This document shows positions 60,907 to 64,000 of a DNA stretch of 64,000 nt, piece by piece (position 1 is the first letter of the stretch; each line of letters opens with the position of its first letter). This DNA comes from Candidatus Heimdallarchaeota archaeon (GTDB lineage Archaea; Asgardarchaeota; Heimdallarchaeia; JABLTI01). The notes below the pieces were generated by a model. It saw only the letters and a program-made list of their open reading frames with translations, searched no databases and was not told the origin of the DNA. A program made the position numbers and the translations under genes. The DNA is taken from contig JAHLVW010000101.1 in the NCBI GenBank assembly GCA_019058275.1, positions 1-64,000 on the forward strand. Direction: 5' to 3'.

Positions 60907-61239
60907 ATGTCATTCATAGATTTAAATACAATCGAAGGGAAAGAAGTAGTTCCTGGTTTTAATGGGAAATTTATTCATTCTGATAATATGACTCTTGCTT
61001 TTTGGACAATAAAAGCTGGTCACTCTCTACCAGAGCACAAACATCCCCATGAACAAATAGCAAATGTAATTGAAGGGAAAATTGAACTAATAGTTAGAGA
61101 AAAAAAACAAATTCTAACTAAAGGAACTTGTATAATTATTCCAGCTAATGTTCCGCATTCTGGAAAAGCAATTACTGATTGCTTTCTTATTGATGTGTTT
61201 TATCCAGTTCGTGAAGATTTAAAGAGCAAAAAGGATTAA
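60907..61239 (+). CDS. Cupin-domain protein
   Basis: PEHKHPHEQ, IPANVPH, DVFYPVRED. Confidence 0.9.
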   Translation: MSFIDLNTIEGKEVVPGFNGKFIHSDNMTLAFWTIKAGHSLPEHKHPHEQIANVIEGKIELIVREKKQILTKGTCIIIPANVPHSGKAITDCFLIDVFYPVREDLKSKKD

Positions 61240-61319
61240 GAATACTGAAATGAAGATTATGTAATTCAATTAGAATAATCAATGTGTTTTAAAAAAAGAA
61301 TGTTAAAAATGGGAGATAA

Positions 61320-62585
61320 ATGAAAGAATCAAAATTAGCTAATGATAACTCCAAATTCCCACTTATTGGTGAAATCACAGAAAATAGAGATGAATTAATC
61401 ACATGTGAAAGAACATTAGCTCTTGAAAGTGATCTCTACTTAGATCATCATCGCTTTAACAATATCCCTTTCTTACCTGGAGTTATGGGACTTGAGCTTT
61501 TTGCTGAATTAGGGAAAATTACGCATCCAGACAGGGAAATTTCTGAATTTATTGATGTAGAATTTTGTTCTGCTATCAGATTCAAAAATGATAAACCCAG
61601 ATACATTAAAGCTTCCTTGAATTTAGAATTGGATAAAGCAGATGCAATCCTTGAATTGCTAGATAAGAGAGAGGATGAAGGCACTTGTGAGTCAAGGCTT
61701 TGTTTTAAGGCGACTATTAATTTTAATCAGAGAACAACAGAAAAGAGCACTATCCCAATTCTGAAAAAAATGCCTTTCTTAAACAAACAAATTATCTACC
61801 AAGTTTTACCTCACGGTCCATTATTTCAAGTTCTTTCAGAAATAAATCATATCGATAATGAAGTAATTGCAATTGGTAACTTTAAGAAAAGGCAGCAATT
61901 CAGATGGAAACATAATAAGTTAGTTATTAATCCATTAACAATAGAAGCAGGCTTTCAAACTATTGGATTAATGGACTTTATCAAAACAGGAAAAGCTGGA
62001 CTTCCATGCAAAATTGACCGCTTAGTATTTTACAAAACTGATGGAAAACCTCACTTTGTTATTGGACAGAAAAAACCTGAGGAAAATTTTAATTTTGAAA
62101 TAATAACAAAAAAGGGCGAAGTAGTTCTTAAAGCTGAGAATTATCAAATTATCGAAACTAAAATGGGCGATACTCTCAGTGCTCTTGAGAGAATTCGATC
62201 GCATAGCATTCGTTTACAATATAAGATGCCAAAGAAGGCTTGGTTAGAAGTTGTTAGTCTTAGATTACTTAGAGATAAGATATCTCGAGAGTCTGATTTC
62301 GTAAAAACATTCCTACAACCTGATGAGCTGGTTTTGCTAGAAGGAATGGATGAAGAAAAACGAGTAGAAGTCATCTCAGAGAAATATGCATTAAAGAGAG
62401 CATTAAGAGTGGTTCTCTTCTCACCAGATATGCTACGATTTGAGATTCAAAAGGATCAAAACAATGAACCATTCTGCCAGTACAAGAGAAAAATGATTTA
62501 CCTTACTACCAAGAAGTTAGATGATTACCTTTTAGCAATGGCCAGCTATAATAGAAAGGTAGATATTGAATTACAGAATGAATGA
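61320..62585 (+). CDS. Stand-alone PKS-type dehydratase (double hot-dog) fused to degenerate phosphopantetheinyl-transferase-like domain
   Basis: DLYLDHHR...FLPGVMGLE, HGPLFQ, NPLTIEAGFQ, LP; C-terminal ..KYALKRAL....EI.KD.NNEP...LAMA....VDIEL. Confidence 0.7.
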   Translation: MKESKLANDNSKFPLIGEITENRDELITCERTLALESDLYLDHHRFNNIPFLPGVMGLELFAELGKITHPDREISEFIDVEFCSAIRFKNDKPRYIKASLNLELDKADAILELLDKREDEGTCESRLCFKATINFNQRTTEKSTIPILKKMPFLNKQIIYQVLPHGPLFQVLSEINHIDNEVIAIGNFKKRQQFRWKHNKLVINPLTIEAGFQTIGLMDFIKTGKAGLPCKIDRLVFYKTDGKPHFVIGQKKPEENFNFEIITKKGEVVLKAENYQIIETKMGDTLSALERIRSHSIRLQYKMPKKAWLEVVSLRLLRDKISRESDFVKTFLQPDELVLLEGMDEEKRVEVISEKYALKRALRVVLFSPDMLRFEIQKDQNNEPFCQYKRKMIYLTTKKLDDYLLAMASYNRKVDIELQNE

Positions 62586-62635
62586 CAAAAGTGGTAAGAT
62601 TATCTAGTGAAAATCAATGATTGATGTGAAAAAAA

Positions 62636-62944
62636 ATGACAAGTAAGATTGTGGACTCTATTACTAAAGACCTTTTAGGTCAAGTCGTGATTATTGAAGG
62701 AATAGCTTATGATGCAAAAGGTGGAGCATGTATAAAGCTAAAAGATGGAGATATTGTTTATATCAAAAATAAATTGAATTGGGAAACAGAATATCTTGAG
62801 AAGAGAATTGTTATTTCTAGCACATTAAATTTGAAGAAAATGATACCAGATCCAGAAGTCAGTGAAAATGGTGCTATAAGCACAGGTGCAATAGGCAAAC
62901 AATATGTTTTAGAGGAAATAGCAAAGATAAAGATAGTAGATTAG
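62636..62944 (+). CDS. Hypothetical small beta protein
   Basis: G.VV.IEGIA.DAKGGA motif; 102-aa ORF. Confidence 0.65.
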   Translation: MTSKIVDSITKDLLGQVVIIEGIAYDAKGGACIKLKDGDIVYIKNKLNWETEYLEKRIVISSTLNLKKMIPDPEVSENGAISTGAIGKQYVLEEIAKIKIVD

Positions 62945-63333
62945 TCAATATATGCAATAGCATCTAATTCAATTAGGCAACCAAAGTGTAGAGTTTTGAC
63001 TGGGACTATTGTACGAGCTGGTCTGTGTTTTCCAAAGAATTCAGCATAAATTTCATTCACTTTATCCCAGTAGCTTATGTCAGTGATATAGATTGTTGTT
63101 CGTAAAACCTTGTTGATATCGCTTTTTGCAGCTGATAGAATCTGACTTAGTTTATCAAGTACAATCGTTGTTTGTTCCTCAATATTATCCGCAGGTGGTT
63201 TGGAGTCTCCCTTGCGTATGGGTAACTGTCCTGAAACATAGACTGTTTTATTTTGAACAACAGCAGGGGAATAGTGAGGTTTCTTATTCTTATCATTTTC
63301 ATCTATGTATATGTATTTCATTTTCTTCACCAA
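62941..63333 (-). CDS. ridA: RidA/YjgF family protein
   Basis: HYSPAV, VYVSGQLP, VNEIYAEFF..HRPAR, IELDAIA. Confidence 0.9.
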   Translation of the reverse strand: MVKKMKYIYIDENDKNKKPHYSPAVVQNKTVYVSGQLPIRKGDSKPPADNIEEQTTIVLDKLSQILSAAKSDINKVLRTTIYITDISYWDKVNEIYAEFFGKHRPARTIVPVKTLHFGCLIELDAIAYID

Positions 63334-63568
63334 TAATGTGTATATGTAATAATTCCATATGTAATTTCCTAATATAATGTCATGTGATTTATTGAATGAA
63401 AAAAAAAGAGAATTGAGAGATTAAGTTAATCTCCAGTAAGTTCATCTATTTTATTGAATCGACCACCAATTCTCCCGGCAATTCCTCCAAGAATTACAGC
63501 CATAAACAAAACATTCTATAGAGAAAAAGCCGGAATGTGTTTTTAGTAGAAGTGAATGTTGTTTAATA

Positions 63569-64000
63569 ATGATTATAGAAGAGAATAATTGGGAACCGCT
63601 ACAACCTGAAGAGGTATCTGAACTCTTTAAATCATTAGACATCAATTGGTGGATTGCTGGGGGTTGGGCTATTGACATATTCTTGGGTAAAAAATCTAGA
63701 GAGCATTTAGATATTGATGTTTTGATTTTAAGGAAAGACCAAATAATAATTCATAAGCACCTCAATGAATGGGAGCTTTATAAAACAAACCAACCTGGAT
63801 TGAAACCATGGGAGAAAGGAGAATATCTAGAAATTGGCGTTAACAGTGTTTGGTGTAAAGAAACATCAGATTCGCCATGGGTTCTAGAGATAATGTTTCT
63901 TGATACAATTAAAGATGAATGGTTTTTTAGATGCAATCCAAAAATCCGATTAACATTAATGGAAATTGGATTGCAAACCAAATCAGGAATTTCTTTTCTA
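63569..64000 (+). CDS. ANT(2'')/LinA-like nucleotidyltransferase, truncated by window edge
   Basis: MIIEENNWEPL...WWIAGGWAIDIFLG...REHLDIDV; absent from the ORF track because there is no stop in the window. Confidence 0.85.
   Translation, partial: MIIEENNWEPLQPEEVSELFKSLDINWWIAGGWAIDIFLGKKSREHLDIDVLILRKDQIIIHKHLNEWELYKTNQPGLKPWEKGEYLEIGVNSVWCKETSDSPWVLEIMFLDTIKDEWFFRCNPKIRLTLMEIGLQTKSGISFL

Noticed and set aside
63425-63540. Minus-strand MAVILGGIAGRIGGRFNK... micro-ORF
   Set aside because: Looks like the C-terminal relic of a membrane protein; too short to support
1-64000. CRISPR arrays, rRNA, IS elements; numerous short antisense ORFs in the track
   Set aside because: No spaced direct repeats, rRNA-like tracts or transposase motifs seen; the short ORFs overlap well-supported genes on the opposite strand or frame

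Overview
AT-rich archaeal chromosomal window. Informational genes are archaeal-type: class I LysRS, EndA, Taw1, GPN GTPase, the uS15-RecJ/DHH-Pcc1-eS1 cluster and an A1-U72 initiator tRNA-Met. A longin-wHTH protein, a TPR protein and several zinc-ribbon proteins point to an Asgard, probably Heimdallarchaeia-like, host (inference). The left half is mostly housekeeping. The right half is accessory/metabolic, with several decayed genes and a fatty-acyl theme: three DegV/FakB proteins, a PlsA/Ger-like three-gene reductase cluster, lipases and a PKS-DH/PPTase-like fusion. I saw no CRISPR array, rRNA, transposase or integrase. The strongest unannotated signals are: (1) an AT-hook + bZIP-like protein with palindromic TGTCYCGRGACA sites directly behind two TATA boxes, plus an uncalled ~50-aa mini-zipper paralog; (2) tandem wHTH regulators facing three ~30-aa basic micro-ORFs across a symmetric four-half-site operator; (3) a structured uS15 leader; (4) an orphan ~110-nt rod-like RNA hairpin; (5) a protein built from four MCM-lid/histone-fold-like repeats. 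All family calls come from motif recognition by eye, not database searches.
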